Origin: a virus
Taxonomy: Duplodnaviria > Caudoviricetes
Length of the DNA stretch: 59,842 nt
Direction: 5' to 3' (one strand)
IMG/VR virus record: IMGVR_UViG_3300022924_000019
Location: 1-59,842 of that record
The position numbers and the translations under genes are program-made. Shown here piece by piece: positions 9,187 through 18,147 of this stretch (the first letter of the stretch is position 1; each line of letters opens with the position of its first letter). The notes below the pieces were generated by a model that was given only the letters and a program-made list of their open reading frames with translations, had not been told where the DNA came from and made no database searches.

Positions 9187-9463
9187 AGACTACATGACGA
9201 CGACCGAGATCTTCGCCAACATGGACCCGGAGGCGGATGATGACCGACGCTATCTCGCGGTCGTCTGCCTGAACCTGACGCAGACGCTCCTCTACCGGGG
9301 TTATGCGGACAGCCCGGAGGCGGCGGTTCGGAAGGCGGAAGCGAGACGCGATGAAGTCTTCGAGAAGTACTCGCGCCAAGACCGGCGGGACAAACCCAAC
9401 CATCCGATGAGCCGACTGGCCGAGGCGCTGGAACGGCTCGAAGCCCTAGTGGGGGTCGCATGA
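9173..9463 (+). CDS. Hypothetical protein with C-terminal amphipathic helix
   Basis: Operon position; ends HPMSRLAEALERLEALVGVA. Confidence 0.65.
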   Translation: MKTHEDYMTTTEIFANMDPEADDDRRYLAVVCLNLTQTLLYRGYADSPEAAVRKAEARRDEVFEKYSRQDRRDKPNHPMSRLAEALERLEALVGVA

Positions 9464-9738
9464 TGGGCCTGAACGTTTACGAGGCGGCAGTTGAGCCGGA
9501 GCGCCCTGCGCTCCGGTTTCTCTGTGTCTACCGGGTCGGCGCGCTAGAGCGGCAGGCCTATGGTGAGACTTCCGAAATCGCGCAAACCCGCGCTATCGAA
9601 GACATGGCGTTCTGGCAGACCGATCCGCTCGGCAGGCTCTTCGGCGCCCTTGACCGACTCGATCTCTACGTTCGAGGCCATCCGCTATCCCGTCTTTCTC
9701 GCGCCCTGGCGAGCCTCGAACAGCATCTAGGAGAATAA
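9460..9738 (+). CDS. Hypothetical protein with two tandem amphipathic helices
   Basis: ATGA coupling; DPLGRLFGALDRL and HPLSRLSRALASL. Confidence 0.6.
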   Translation: MMGLNVYEAAVEPERPALRFLCVYRVGALERQAYGETSEIAQTRAIEDMAFWQTDPLGRLFGALDRLDLYVRGHPLSRLSRALASLEQHLGE

Positions 9739-9740
9739 CC

Positions 9741-9980
9741 GTGGATATCGAAATTCCCGAAGGATCGGCCCGTCTGATCGCAGCGATCATGCGGAAGCTC
9801 GGCGAGACCCGAATCACGATCACGAAAGAGGACATGATCGACCCCGGCCCCTGCAAGATCACGGTCTGGGGCGAGCCGACCGGACAGATCACAGTTCAGC
9901 TCGGAGCCCTCGTAGACCCCGACCAGGGCGATCTCCCCCTGGCCGATTGCGCCTCGCCGCCCTGGCCCAGCGCGAAATAA
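9741..9980 (+). CDS. Hypothetical protein
   Basis: AGGAG RBS; GTG start. Confidence 0.65.
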   Translation: MDIEIPEGSARLIAAIMRKLGETRITITKEDMIDPGPCKITVWGEPTGQITVQLGALVDPDQGDLPLADCASPPWPSAK

Positions 9981-10033
9981 TTTCCGAAAATCGTTCCGCC
10001 TCGGTTGACACCGCAATTCAGTGCGCTCAATGT
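9973..10033 (+). promoter_or_regulatory. Promoter for the gapR/parB-like operon with upstream palindrome
   Basis: CGAAATAATTTCC at 9973-9985; TTGACA(10005)-17-CAATGT. Confidence 0.65.
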
Positions 10034-10061
10034 GCGGACAACGAAAGCGGGAAACCAACAG

Positions 10062-10376
10062 ATGCCCTACCCGGACAACGTCCCCGACGACACCTTCAAG
10101 GTCGACGAAGACGCCATGGCCCAGGCGGCCCTCAAGCTGGCGTCCACCGACGCCCAGGGCCAGCTTAAGAGCTTCTTCGAGCGCATCGAAAACCTCGAAG
10201 AAGCCAAAGCGGCGATCATGGCGGACCTCAAGGAAGTCTACGCCGAAGCCAAGGGCGCCGGGTTCCTCCCCAAGATCATCCGCAAGGTCGTCCGTCTGCG
10301 CAAGATGGACAAGGCCAAGCGCGAGGAAGAAGAAAGCCTCGTCGATATCTACGCTCACGCGCTCGGCGATCTCTAG
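10062..10376 (+). CDS. gapR: GapR-family (DUF2312) nucleoid-associated protein
   Basis: AQGQLKSFFERIENLE..KEVYAEAKGAGF..KIIRKVVRLRKMD..REEEE..DIY closely matches Caulobacter GapR as I recall it. Confidence 0.92.
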   Translation: MPYPDNVPDDTFKVDEDAMAQAALKLASTDAQGQLKSFFERIENLEEAKAAIMADLKEVYAEAKGAGFLPKIIRKVVRLRKMDKAKREEEESLVDIYAHALGDL

Positions 10377-10378
10377 CC

Positions 10379-10618
10379 GTGCGGGGAGACGAGGACTACG
10401 AAGCCGGAATCCCTGACGACGACTTCGACGCGGACGACTTTGTCGATGATCTGGATATCTCGGCTCGCCGCCGCAACTCCGCCAAATGGCTCGCCGAACA
10501 AGAAGCCAAACAGGCGAAATACTCGAACTATCGTGCCGCTTGGCGCAAAGAAGTTACTTTGAGACAGTTCCCCTACCTCCGAGGCGACTCGGACCAACCC
10601 AAAAGGACGAAAGACTGA
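10379..10618 (+). CDS. Hypothetical protein, acidic N-half and basic C-half
   Basis: Fills the gap between gapR and the parB-like gene. Confidence 0.55.
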   Translation: MRGDEDYEAGIPDDDFDADDFVDDLDISARRRNSAKWLAEQEAKQAKYSNYRAAWRKEVTLRQFPYLRGDSDQPKRTKD

Positions 10619-10619
10619 C

Positions 10620-11789
10620 ATGAGCAAGACCAACATTCCCGCCGACACCTTCGATACCGAGCTGCTGACCGCCGGCAACGTGCGCAACGCCCTGAAGGGC
10701 GCCGAGGCGACGAAGACCGACTCCTACATGGTCGCCCCCTCCAAGCTGCGCGAGATCCCCGGCTTCAACGTCCGTGTCGAGACCCCGGACTACCTGACCC
10801 ACGTCGCCGGCACCAAGGAGTCGATCAAGGCCAACGGCTTCGACCCGACCAAGCCGATCTCGGGCTTCGTCGGCAAGGACGGCGACGAAGACGTCATCTA
10901 CGTCACGGACGGCTACACCCGCCGCCGGGCCGTGCTGGAAGCGATTTCCGAAGGCTTCGAGATCGCCGCCGTCCCCGTGACCCTGCAACCGGCCGGCACG
11001 TCCGTCGAAGACCTGATGGTCGGCCTCGTGACCGCCAACTCCGGCCGCCCGCTGTCGGTCTACGAGAAGGCCATCGTCGCTAAGCGTCTGCAAGGCTATG
11101 GCTGGGAACCCCAGAAGATCGCCGACAAGCTGACGATCACCACCCGCTACCTCGACGACCTGATGGTTCTGATCGCCGCGCCGTCCAAGGTCCGCAACGC
11201 CGTGATCAAGGGCCAGATCAGCCCGGCCGAAGCCGTCAAGGCGCTCCGCAAGGACGGCGCCAAGGCCGCCGACGTGGTCGAAGGCGCGGTGAAGGAAGCC
11301 GCCGCCCGCGGCAAGACGAAGGCCACGCCCAAGGACGTGAAGGCCGCCAAGAAGAAGGGCGCCGGCAAGGACGTCCCGGCCGGTGAAACGAAGGCCGAAG
11401 GCTTCGGCAAGCGCAAGTCCGGCGTGGCGTGGTCGGCGACGACCAGGGGCGGCATGGTCCATCAGACCGGGACCTACTTCTTCAAGCAGGGCGACGTCCT
11501 GCCCATCGACGATATCCGGCCCGTCCGCCTGTTCCACGACGGCGACTGGTGGAACTTCGTCGATCCGGCGACCAAGGAACACGTCCTGATCGAAGACTCC
11601 ATCGAGATCGAAGTCACGATCCGCATGGTCGCCCCGGCCGAAGAAGCCGCGAAGGACCCGGCGAAGACCGAGGGCGAGGACGACACCTTCGCCCTGCCGG
11701 GCTCCCAGAAGCCCCAGGACGGGCAGGAAGGGCAGGAAGGGACCGATGAAGCCCCCGCCCCCGAAACGCCCGCCGACGACGAACTGTAG
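10620..11789 (+). CDS. ParB-like protein (ParB N-terminal domain plus HTH)
   Basis: FNVR..ESIKANG..YVTDGYTRRRA arginine patch; N..RPLS..EKA; QKIADKLTITTRYL HTH. Confidence 0.82.
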   Translation: MSKTNIPADTFDTELLTAGNVRNALKGAEATKTDSYMVAPSKLREIPGFNVRVETPDYLTHVAGTKESIKANGFDPTKPISGFVGKDGDEDVIYVTDGYTRRRAVLEAISEGFEIAAVPVTLQPAGTSVEDLMVGLVTANSGRPLSVYEKAIVAKRLQGYGWEPQKIADKLTITTRYLDDLMVLIAAPSKVRNAVIKGQISPAEAVKALRKDGAKAADVVEGAVKEAAARGKTKATPKDVKAAKKKGAGKDVPAGETKAEGFGKRKSGVAWSATTRGGMVHQTGTYFFKQGDVLPIDDIRPVRLFHDGDWWNFVDPATKEHVLIEDSIEIEVTIRMVAPAEEAAKDPAKTEGEDDTFALPGSQKPQDGQEGQEGTDEAPAPETPADDEL

Positions 11790-11797
11790 CGGTCCTA

Positions 11798-11823
11798 GAG
11801 GCCCCTGGGCAACCGGGGGCCTC
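11798..11823 (+). terminator. Stem-loop after the parB-like gene
   Basis: GAGGCCCCTGG-GCAA-CCGGGGGCCTC; no clear U-tract. Confidence 0.5.
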
Positions 11824-11850
11824 AACCGTTCGTGCTAGGAAGTGATTTCC

Positions 11851-12093
11851 ATGGCCCATCCCAGTCTCAAGGAAGCTCTCGAAGACTTCGGCGCTCTCGT
11901 AGATGACTATGAGGGCAGACAGGCGGAGAGGAGAGCCAGGGCGATCCGGGCGGGCGACAACTCCTGCCAGTCCTACCAAGCGTCCTCCGAGATGGTCTGT
12001 ATCCCCTGCGGCCTCCGGTACGACGTGAACGACCCGGACCCACCGGTCTGCCGACGAACAGGACTGCCGGCCCGCTCCTCGGGTCGTCGATAG
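11851..12093 (+). CDS. Small Cys-rich protein
   Basis: C-x10-CIPC-x13-C; its RBS overlaps the palindrome at 11838-11850. Confidence 0.65.
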   Translation: MAHPSLKEALEDFGALVDDYEGRQAERRARAIRAGDNSCQSYQASSEMVCIPCGLRYDVNDPDPPVCRRTGLPARSSGRR

Positions 12094-12094
12094 C

Positions 12095-12132
12095 AGAAGG
12101 CCCGCCGGAGCGATCCAGCGGGCCTTCTCTTT
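12095..12132. terminator. Terminator between convergent arms
   Basis: AGAAGGCCCGCCGG...CCAGCGGGCCTTCT followed by CTTT. Confidence 0.75.
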
Positions 12133-12157
12133 GGTCTGTTAAGATCCGGGCGACCGG

Positions 12158-12418
12158 TCAGGTGGTGAAGCGGATCAGCTCGACGACGAGCGTGGCATTG
12201 CCGCCCGGCCCTTGGGTCTGCCCGTGAACGTAGCTGTCGAAGTGGCCGGAGGACTTGACCGAGACGATGCTGTTCTCGTTGTCGGGGAGCGCGTCGATCA
12301 GGGCGTGCAGCGAGGCCAGGACGCCATCCGGGAAGGTCTTGTACTTCGTCTGGGTCTCGCCCAGGTGTTCCTTGGCCGCCGCTTTCGACCGGGCCTTGAA
12401 TTCGTAGTTCCAGCTCAT
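12158..12418 (-). CDS. Hypothetical protein downstream of the endolysin
   Basis: AAGGA RBS; strong codon bias. Confidence 0.7.
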   Translation of the reverse strand: MSWNYEFKARSKAAAKEHLGETQTKYKTFPDGVLASLHALIDALPDNENSIVSVKSSGHFDSYVHGQTQGPGGNATLVVELIRFTT

Positions 12419-12471
12419 CGTCTTTTCCTTTCGGGTTGAGGTCGGAGGAAGCGCCCCGACCGGAGAAATCG

Positions 12472-13173
12472 TCAGCCGTAGTAGCCGGCGCCCAGGCCCT
12501 TCGTCAGCTTGGCTTGCACCTTGCCGTAGGCTTCGCGCTTGGTCACCTTGCCGTTGGCGTCGGTGTCGAGCCCCTTGTTTTGAAGGTAACGCTTCGGGTA
12601 GCGCGCGTCATTCTTGTCGAACAGAACGAAGTCGTCCGACTTGCCGACGCCCAGGGGCCAGAGGATCGCCATGTAGATATCGCCCAGGGTCTTCAGCTTG
12701 CCCTTGTAGGGGCGGAAGTACTTGTAGACGAAGTTGAGCTGGTCTTCCGCCGTCATGCGGGCCAGGGCTTCGGTCGTGGTCCCCAGAGACCGGGCCGTGG
12801 ACGGCATGAACTGGATCAGGCCCGTGGCGCCCGAGCCCGCGGCGTTCTTGATATCCGGCTTGAAGGTCTCGCCCGACTCCCAGGCGATGCAGCTCATCAG
12901 GTCGTCCGGGTCGAGATCGAGATCCTGGCCGATCCAGAGAACCCGTTCCTTGAACAGCGGGGAGACCTTGGCCCCCCAAGCCATCTGCGGCTTGACCGAG
13001 GTCGAGCCTGGGGCTGGCGGAACGAAGCTGACCTCCGAATAGACCTTCGCCGCCGACAGCAGCTTGTCAAAGGCGTCGTCGCTGAGCGGCCCCCAGACGC
13101 CGTCGATATCGCCGTCGTAGAAGCCCGCCTGGGCGAGCTTCCCCTGAATGTACTTCTCGACCTCTTGGGCCAT
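12472..13173 (-). CDS. Endolysin (peptidoglycan-binding domain plus lytic transglycosylase-like domain)
   Basis: IQGKLAQAGFYDGDIDGVWG; WESG; ATGLIQFMP. Confidence 0.88.
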   Translation of the reverse strand: MAQEVEKYIQGKLAQAGFYDGDIDGVWGPLSDDAFDKLLSAAKVYSEVSFVPPAPGSTSVKPQMAWGAKVSPLFKERVLWIGQDLDLDPDDLMSCIAWESGETFKPDIKNAAGSGATGLIQFMPSTARSLGTTTEALARMTAEDQLNFVYKYFRPYKGKLKTLGDIYMAILWPLGVGKSDDFVLFDKNDARYPKRYLQNKGLDTDANGKVTKREAYGKVQAKLTKGLGAGYYG

Positions 13174-13646
13174 CAGATCAGTCCTTCTTCACGGGCACGT
13201 CGTTCAAACGCGCTCAGGTAGTCGCCGCTGAACTTGGCGGCCTCGACTTGGTAGGTGGAAAGCTGGTCCTTGATCCGAGCGATCGCGCTCTCGACTTCGT
13301 TCATCGCAATGGCTCGGGCGACGGCCGGATCTTCGGCGGCCGGCGGCTGTCCTCCGCTTGCCACGGCTGCCGCGTTGCGGACCTGTTCGGACTTCGAGCC
13401 GTCGAAGTAGAACTTGATCACGACGCCGACGCCGCTGGTGAACAGCGACCCGATCATGACGTTGAAGAAGTCTCGGTTCGCATCGGGAACCTTGACGAAG
13501 AACAGCAGGATCATCACGGCGCCGACCACGGCCACGAGCATGAGGGCGAGGACGGAATGCGTTTCCGTGAACAGGTCCCAGAAATTGCGTCGCGCCGGGC
13601 CGCTATCTGGCCGGGGTCCACCTTCAACGATATTCTTCTCGGCCAT
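13173..13646 (-). CDS. Putative holin
   Basis: Two TM segments; directly upstream of the endolysin. Confidence 0.6.
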   Translation of the reverse strand: MAEKNIVEGGPRPDSGPARRNFWDLFTETHSVLALMLVAVVGAVMILLFFVKVPDANRDFFNVMIGSLFTSGVGVVIKFYFDGSKSEQVRNAAAVASGGQPPAAEDPAVARAIAMNEVESAIARIKDQLSTYQVEAAKFSGDYLSAFERRAREEGLI

Positions 13647-14188
13647 CAGCCTTGTCCTTCTGCCGCCCACTCGACGACTTTGCCGGGGCCGCTGACGGCC
13701 AGGGTGGCAAGCTGCCGTTGAATGGACGTAATGTCCCGTTTGATCGCGGCCATGTCTTGGTTCTGGCCTTCATGGTGTGCGTCGAACCGGGCGCCCAGGC
13801 GGGCCAGCTCTTCGCGCAGATCTTGTAGGCCCGCCGTGTTGCGGTCGATATGCTCGACCTTGGCCTTCAGTGCTTCGTACTCACCGCGCGCCCTGGTGAA
13901 GAACTGGTCGCTGTCCTCCATCCGGCGCAGCAGGGAGTCGATGATGGTCTGAAGCGTTGTGCGGTGCAGCTCCATCAGCTTGTCTTGGGCCGCCGCGTCG
14001 CGTTCTGACTGTGTCTTCAGCGAGTCGACCTGGGTCTTCATCTTGCCCATGAAGAAAGCGAACATCATCCCTTGAGCGGCGAGCCCTACAAGGAAGATTG
14101 TCACGGTAACGATGACTGGAATCCACGGTGACACGGGCAAACTCCGAGGAACGAAAGCCGATCCATCGTCCGATTCTAAGCTGAACAC
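13646..14188 (-). CDS. Lysis-cassette membrane protein (TM plus coiled coil)
   Basis: N-terminal TM; long heptad-rich C-terminus. Confidence 0.6.
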   Translation of the reverse strand: MFSLESDDGSAFVPRSLPVSPWIPVIVTVTIFLVGLAAQGMMFAFFMGKMKTQVDSLKTQSERDAAAQDKLMELHRTTLQTIIDSLLRRMEDSDQFFTRARGEYEALKAKVEHIDRNTAGLQDLREELARLGARFDAHHEGQNQDMAAIKRDITSIQRQLATLAVSGPGKVVEWAAEGQG

Positions 14189-14220
14189 AAGTTTAGCGAG
14201 TGGAAACTACTTCCGGGTTG

Positions 14221-16617
14221 CTAGAATGATTCATTCCACTGGCCGTGTCCACCGGGGTTCGTAGGGCCGGGACCGCCGCCTCCGCCGCTTCCGGGGAACT
14301 CGGGTTCGGGGTCGGGCTCAGGCTCCGGAGGATCACCAGGGCCGCCGTCTGTCGGCGTTGGCGGCGTAACCGGAGTACCGGTCGGAACGTTCTCGACCCA
14401 GACGCCGTAAGCCTGAAGCGCCACCAACCCGTTTCGCACGGCCCCGACCTCAACGAAAACCTTGTCCAGTCCGTAGAGCCAGTCCATCGGGATCGTGAAC
14501 GTGGTTTCAGTGTAGAGGAATGCATTGCGGTAGAAGAGCGTCCCGTCTTCCTTGTAGATCGAGAGGACAGAAGCCTGTCCGAACTCCGGGTCAATCGTCC
14601 CATCAGTCCACTTCAGGACTTGAGTGTCTTCCATCAGACGATTGCGGGTCGCCCAGGTGACCTCCAAATCAGTCAGGGCGGTCGCATCGACCGCGCCGAA
14701 GCCCACACCCTCCACCTTCACGTTAGCCGGCCGCTGGGGCATATGGGGCCGCGCAGTGACCGTCCCAGTCAAGATAGGGGCGTCAGCTTCGTCCAGCAGG
14801 CCGCGGGAGGTGCGAGCCAGCAGCTTATAGTCGATCTCTTGTCCGGCGGCCCTGGTGTTCAAATCATCGGAGATCAGCGTTCCCGCATTGACGAACCAGA
14901 CGGGAGTGTCCAGCGGCCAATAGCGCGGAACCGTATCGAGAACGCCGCGATCCAAAGTCCAGATTTCGCCGTCCGACGACGCAATCAGCGCGATCTCGCT
15001 TCCCGCATCCGTACCGTCTCCGATGATGACGAAGTTCCCGACTTGCGGACCCAGGCCGACCGACGCCAAGGGGTTGCCCTCGACCGTGGTGATCGCTTCT
15101 TCGTAGAAGGGGGAACCGAGAACTGCCCGGCCGGTCGTGTTCCGCGTGCCGACGTTGACATAGGAGATATCGCCGTTGGCGGCGACGCGCTCTGTCAGCA
15201 GCTCGAACGTCAGGGTATCACGACCGGGTTGGTTCGCCAGGATGCCGGAAATCACTTCCGGGTAAGTCAGGGTGTCAGGATCGACGCTGGACCCGGCAGA
15301 CAAGAAGTACCGAGGCATGGTGAACACTTGCGAGTACAGGAAGGCTTCAGGGTCTTGGGCGTAGTCTTCCCAGTCCGAGGTCGGCGGAGTGATCGCCGCC
15401 GGACGGGCAAGAGAAAACACGTCCTCCAAGAAGCTGATCTCGATGTTCGCAGCACCCGGTTTGCCGTACTTCACACTCGTGACGCGAACAGCCACGTCGT
15501 AGACGCTGTACTCCGGCCAGTTCATCCTCAGAACGCTGCCCGGCCGCACGTTGTAGAGCTTTCGGTTAACCGAAGCATCGCCGATGATCAGCGGAGCGGC
15601 TGACGCCCGAAGCTCCCGGACGGCGAGGCGAGAGGCGAGTTCAGCGTCCCGCACTCCGTAGTAGTTCCGGTTGTCATTGATCGGCGCGCCTTGAATCGTG
15701 ATGTTGGCGATATCCTGGGCGCCGACCGTCTCTTCTTGTTCGTTCGCCGGATTGGTCCACGTCACCGAGATATCGTTGACCGTCTCGCCCCAGAGCTTGC
15801 GAGCGAAGTTGTTCAGCGACGCATTCGAAGGGTTGATCTCCTGAAGCGTCTCAAAGTCGTAGTCATCTCGGATCAGCTTTAGCGCCAAGAGACCCGTGGC
15901 CGGGTCCACAAACAAGGCCGCTTGAATGTGGTCTAGGATTTCCTTGACGAAGTCTTCGATCTTGAGCTGTTGGACCCAGATCATCGCCAGACCAAACGCC
16001 TCATCGACCAGCGTGTCAGAGGCGCTGATGAACGAGTCCATATCCAGTAGGGTATCGGGAGCCCCCATGCCGAAGCTCGCATTGGTCAAGCACTCGTAGA
16101 CCATGTGCGCCGGGTTGGCATTCTTGCCGATCATGGCCGTAGCGGGGTCAAGACCCTTGGGGCTGCGGCGGCAACGAACCCAGGTAGCTTGAATGAACGG
16201 GGAGTTGGTGGACCAGAGGAAGCCGGGATAGTTCAGCTCGACATTGAGCAACCCGCTCCAAACCGGAATCGATTGCGCAGCGCCGACGAAGAACAGACTG
16301 AACAGCCCTCGAAAGCCAGGGCACGTTGCTGAAGTCCGGCCAAGGCGCGCGGCCAGGGCCTCGGGCATGACTTGATCCGGGCCGCCGGGGAGAATCCAAC
16401 AGGTGCCGACCGGGCCGCCCTCTCGCTTCTTGCCGCCGAACAGCTCGGGCTTGTTGATCGCGACAGCGTAGGGGTCATCGGAAATGATTTCGCCCTCCCA
16501 TGCAACCTTTTCCCAAATGTAGATTCCGGTAACCGCGTCGATGGGGCCAAGGCAGACCCCCATGTGAATCGACATGCGGTACTCGGCAACCTGCATCTCC
16601 CCCTTTGACTTACCCAT
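14221..16617 (-). CDS. Tail tip / central tail protein
   Basis: About 798 aa from MGKSKGE; ANPAHMVYECLT, LIRDDY, RGVLDT motifs; last tail gene. Confidence 0.8.
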   Translation of the reverse strand: MGKSKGEMQVAEYRMSIHMGVCLGPIDAVTGIYIWEKVAWEGEIISDDPYAVAINKPELFGGKKREGGPVGTCWILPGGPDQVMPEALAARLGRTSATCPGFRGLFSLFFVGAAQSIPVWSGLLNVELNYPGFLWSTNSPFIQATWVRCRRSPKGLDPATAMIGKNANPAHMVYECLTNASFGMGAPDTLLDMDSFISASDTLVDEAFGLAMIWVQQLKIEDFVKEILDHIQAALFVDPATGLLALKLIRDDYDFETLQEINPSNASLNNFARKLWGETVNDISVTWTNPANEQEETVGAQDIANITIQGAPINDNRNYYGVRDAELASRLAVRELRASAAPLIIGDASVNRKLYNVRPGSVLRMNWPEYSVYDVAVRVTSVKYGKPGAANIEISFLEDVFSLARPAAITPPTSDWEDYAQDPEAFLYSQVFTMPRYFLSAGSSVDPDTLTYPEVISGILANQPGRDTLTFELLTERVAANGDISYVNVGTRNTTGRAVLGSPFYEEAITTVEGNPLASVGLGPQVGNFVIIGDGTDAGSEIALIASSDGEIWTLDRGVLDTVPRYWPLDTPVWFVNAGTLISDDLNTRAAGQEIDYKLLARTSRGLLDEADAPILTGTVTARPHMPQRPANVKVEGVGFGAVDATALTDLEVTWATRNRLMEDTQVLKWTDGTIDPEFGQASVLSIYKEDGTLFYRNAFLYTETTFTIPMDWLYGLDKVFVEVGAVRNGLVALQAYGVWVENVPTGTPVTPPTPTDGGPGDPPEPEPDPEPEFPGSGGGGGPGPTNPGGHGQWNESF

Positions 16618-16843
16618 TGGTGTCGGCCTTGCGCTTGATCGTGCGGGCAACGACCTGTTCGGCCAGCCCATCCTTGGTATCAAGCAGCACGCGGGCCGAG
16701 ACACCGTTTCGGAGGAAGTCGTTGAAGTTCAGCTCGGGCTTGCCATGGAACCACCGACGCGCGCCGCTGGGGCAGTGGCCGGCCAGTTGGATATCCCGGA
16801 TCGTGATAATCATCGAGTCGAGGTCTGGATCGTCCGCCATCAC
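16610..16843 (-). CDS. Small tail assembly protein
   Basis: HCPSGARRWF..FLRNGV motif; synteny. Confidence 0.7.
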   Translation of the reverse strand: MMADDPDLDSMIITIRDIQLAGHCPSGARRWFHGKPELNFNDFLRNGVSARVLLDTKDGLAEQVVARTIKRKADTNG

Positions 16844-17061
16844 GCATCAACCTTGTACTTGCGGAGATGCTTGTCTCCGAACCAGAGTACGTTGATCCCC
16901 TTCACCGTCACTTCGCCCCAGATGACCGGGATAGGCCGGCCGGCTTCAGCGGTCGGGTCCTCAAGGTCTCGGACCTCGGGCGGCTTGGGGGCCTTTGGCT
17001 TGGGCGTAATGACGTAGGCGATCACCTGAATGATTACCGCGATAGCGAGTTCTAGCCACAT
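16840..17061 (-). CDS. Small tail assembly protein
   Basis: PTAEAGRPIPVIWG..NVLWFGD. Confidence 0.75.
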   Translation of the reverse strand: MWLELAIAVIIQVIAYVITPKPKAPKPPEVRDLEDPTAEAGRPIPVIWGEVTVKGINVLWFGDKHLRKYKVDA

Positions 17062-17069
17062 GACCGGCC

Positions 17070-17918
17070 TCAGTAGTAGTTGTTGAACAGGCCGAACGGA
17101 TTGCTGAGCGGAATCCAGTTCTGCCCGCCGAAGTTCAGAATGTTGTTGTGGATTGCGTGGCAGTCATCAGTGAGCGCACCCTTGTGGTTGCACCCGAAGA
17201 TCACGTTGGCGTTGTCCCCTGGTCCAAGGCCGTTCGTGTCTCCCGACAACAGCAGGGTCACGCCGCTATCGATACGCAGGATCGTGCGCAGCTCCGCTCG
17301 GCCGTCGTCCCGGACCCAGGTGAACATGCCGCCCAGGTACTTCGGCTTGTCCCCTGACGGGACCCACGTCGGCCCGAGGGTGACGAAGGATCGATTGGCA
17401 GAGACCACGACCACGGCGCTCGTCGCGGCATCCCGGTCGGCACGGCAGTCTGGTCCATAGAGGACATGTGGACAACTGAGCTGATAGTTCCGGCGGAGAC
17501 CCGACCGGCGGAGCATGGTCGAGATAGGCTCGCACGAGAAGAAGGCCTCACTGCCCTTCAGAGAGCGCCCCAGAACCCGACCGGTCCAGATGGTGAGGTA
17601 CTGGTTATCCGGATCTTCCGGGTGCCCCTCGAAGATCTGAAGCGTCACGACATGCGAGGGCGGGTAGACTCCGAACAGGTTCGAGATCTCGCTGTTGATC
17701 GGGGTGGTGACCTGAAGCGTAGCCTTGTCCAGAGTCCCAGACGAAGTCACCGCCCCCCGATCAATGGGGAGCGGTGTGAAGGGCACGTCCTCTACGACGA
17801 TCTCACGTTCGCCGCTGGTGTAGGCGTAATAGTCTTCGTCCGCCGGGCCGTACTTGAAGAGATAGAGGTTGATCGACTGACCGCGCGCCCGGCTGACCTC
17901 ACGGGCTGCGAACGTCAC
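17070..17918 (-). CDS. BR0599/DUF2163-family tail tip protein
   Basis: CPHVLYGPDC, GCNH..C..NNILNFGG Cys pattern. Confidence 0.82.
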   Translation of the reverse strand: MTFAAREVSRARGQSINLYLFKYGPADEDYYAYTSGEREIVVEDVPFTPLPIDRGAVTSSGTLDKATLQVTTPINSEISNLFGVYPPSHVVTLQIFEGHPEDPDNQYLTIWTGRVLGRSLKGSEAFFSCEPISTMLRRSGLRRNYQLSCPHVLYGPDCRADRDAATSAVVVVSANRSFVTLGPTWVPSGDKPKYLGGMFTWVRDDGRAELRTILRIDSGVTLLLSGDTNGLGPGDNANVIFGCNHKGALTDDCHAIHNNILNFGGQNWIPLSNPFGLFNNYY

Positions 17919-18142
17919 ACCCCTTTCCTCCGAGCCGGCATCTTAACTTCCGGCTGCGGCTCCATATGCGTCGTGGTGACGCCGCCGGCCGATACGACAA
18001 CCGCGCCCTCGGTGACGACGAATGAGTCGAGACCGTTCGCGTCGAGGTCGTAGCCGCGGCCCTCGACGTGCGACCGAAGCGCCGACATGGCGCCTTCGAC
18101 GCTGAGCATGGTGAGAGGGTTGGATTTCGGAGTCTTTGCCAT
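17915..18142 (-). CDS. Small hypothetical protein (possible fibre chaperone)
   Basis: Starts 5 nt after the fibre gene stop. Confidence 0.5.
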   Translation of the reverse strand: MAKTPKSNPLTMLSVEGAMSALRSHVEGRGYDLDANGLDSFVVTEGAVVVSAGGVTTTHMEPQPEVKMPARRKGV

Positions 18143-18147
18143 GTCGA

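Noticed and set aside
10620-11789. Plasmid-prophage partition cassette
   Set aside because: No ParA, protelomerase or CI-like repressor recognised; a temperate lifestyle is unsupported, though not excluded.
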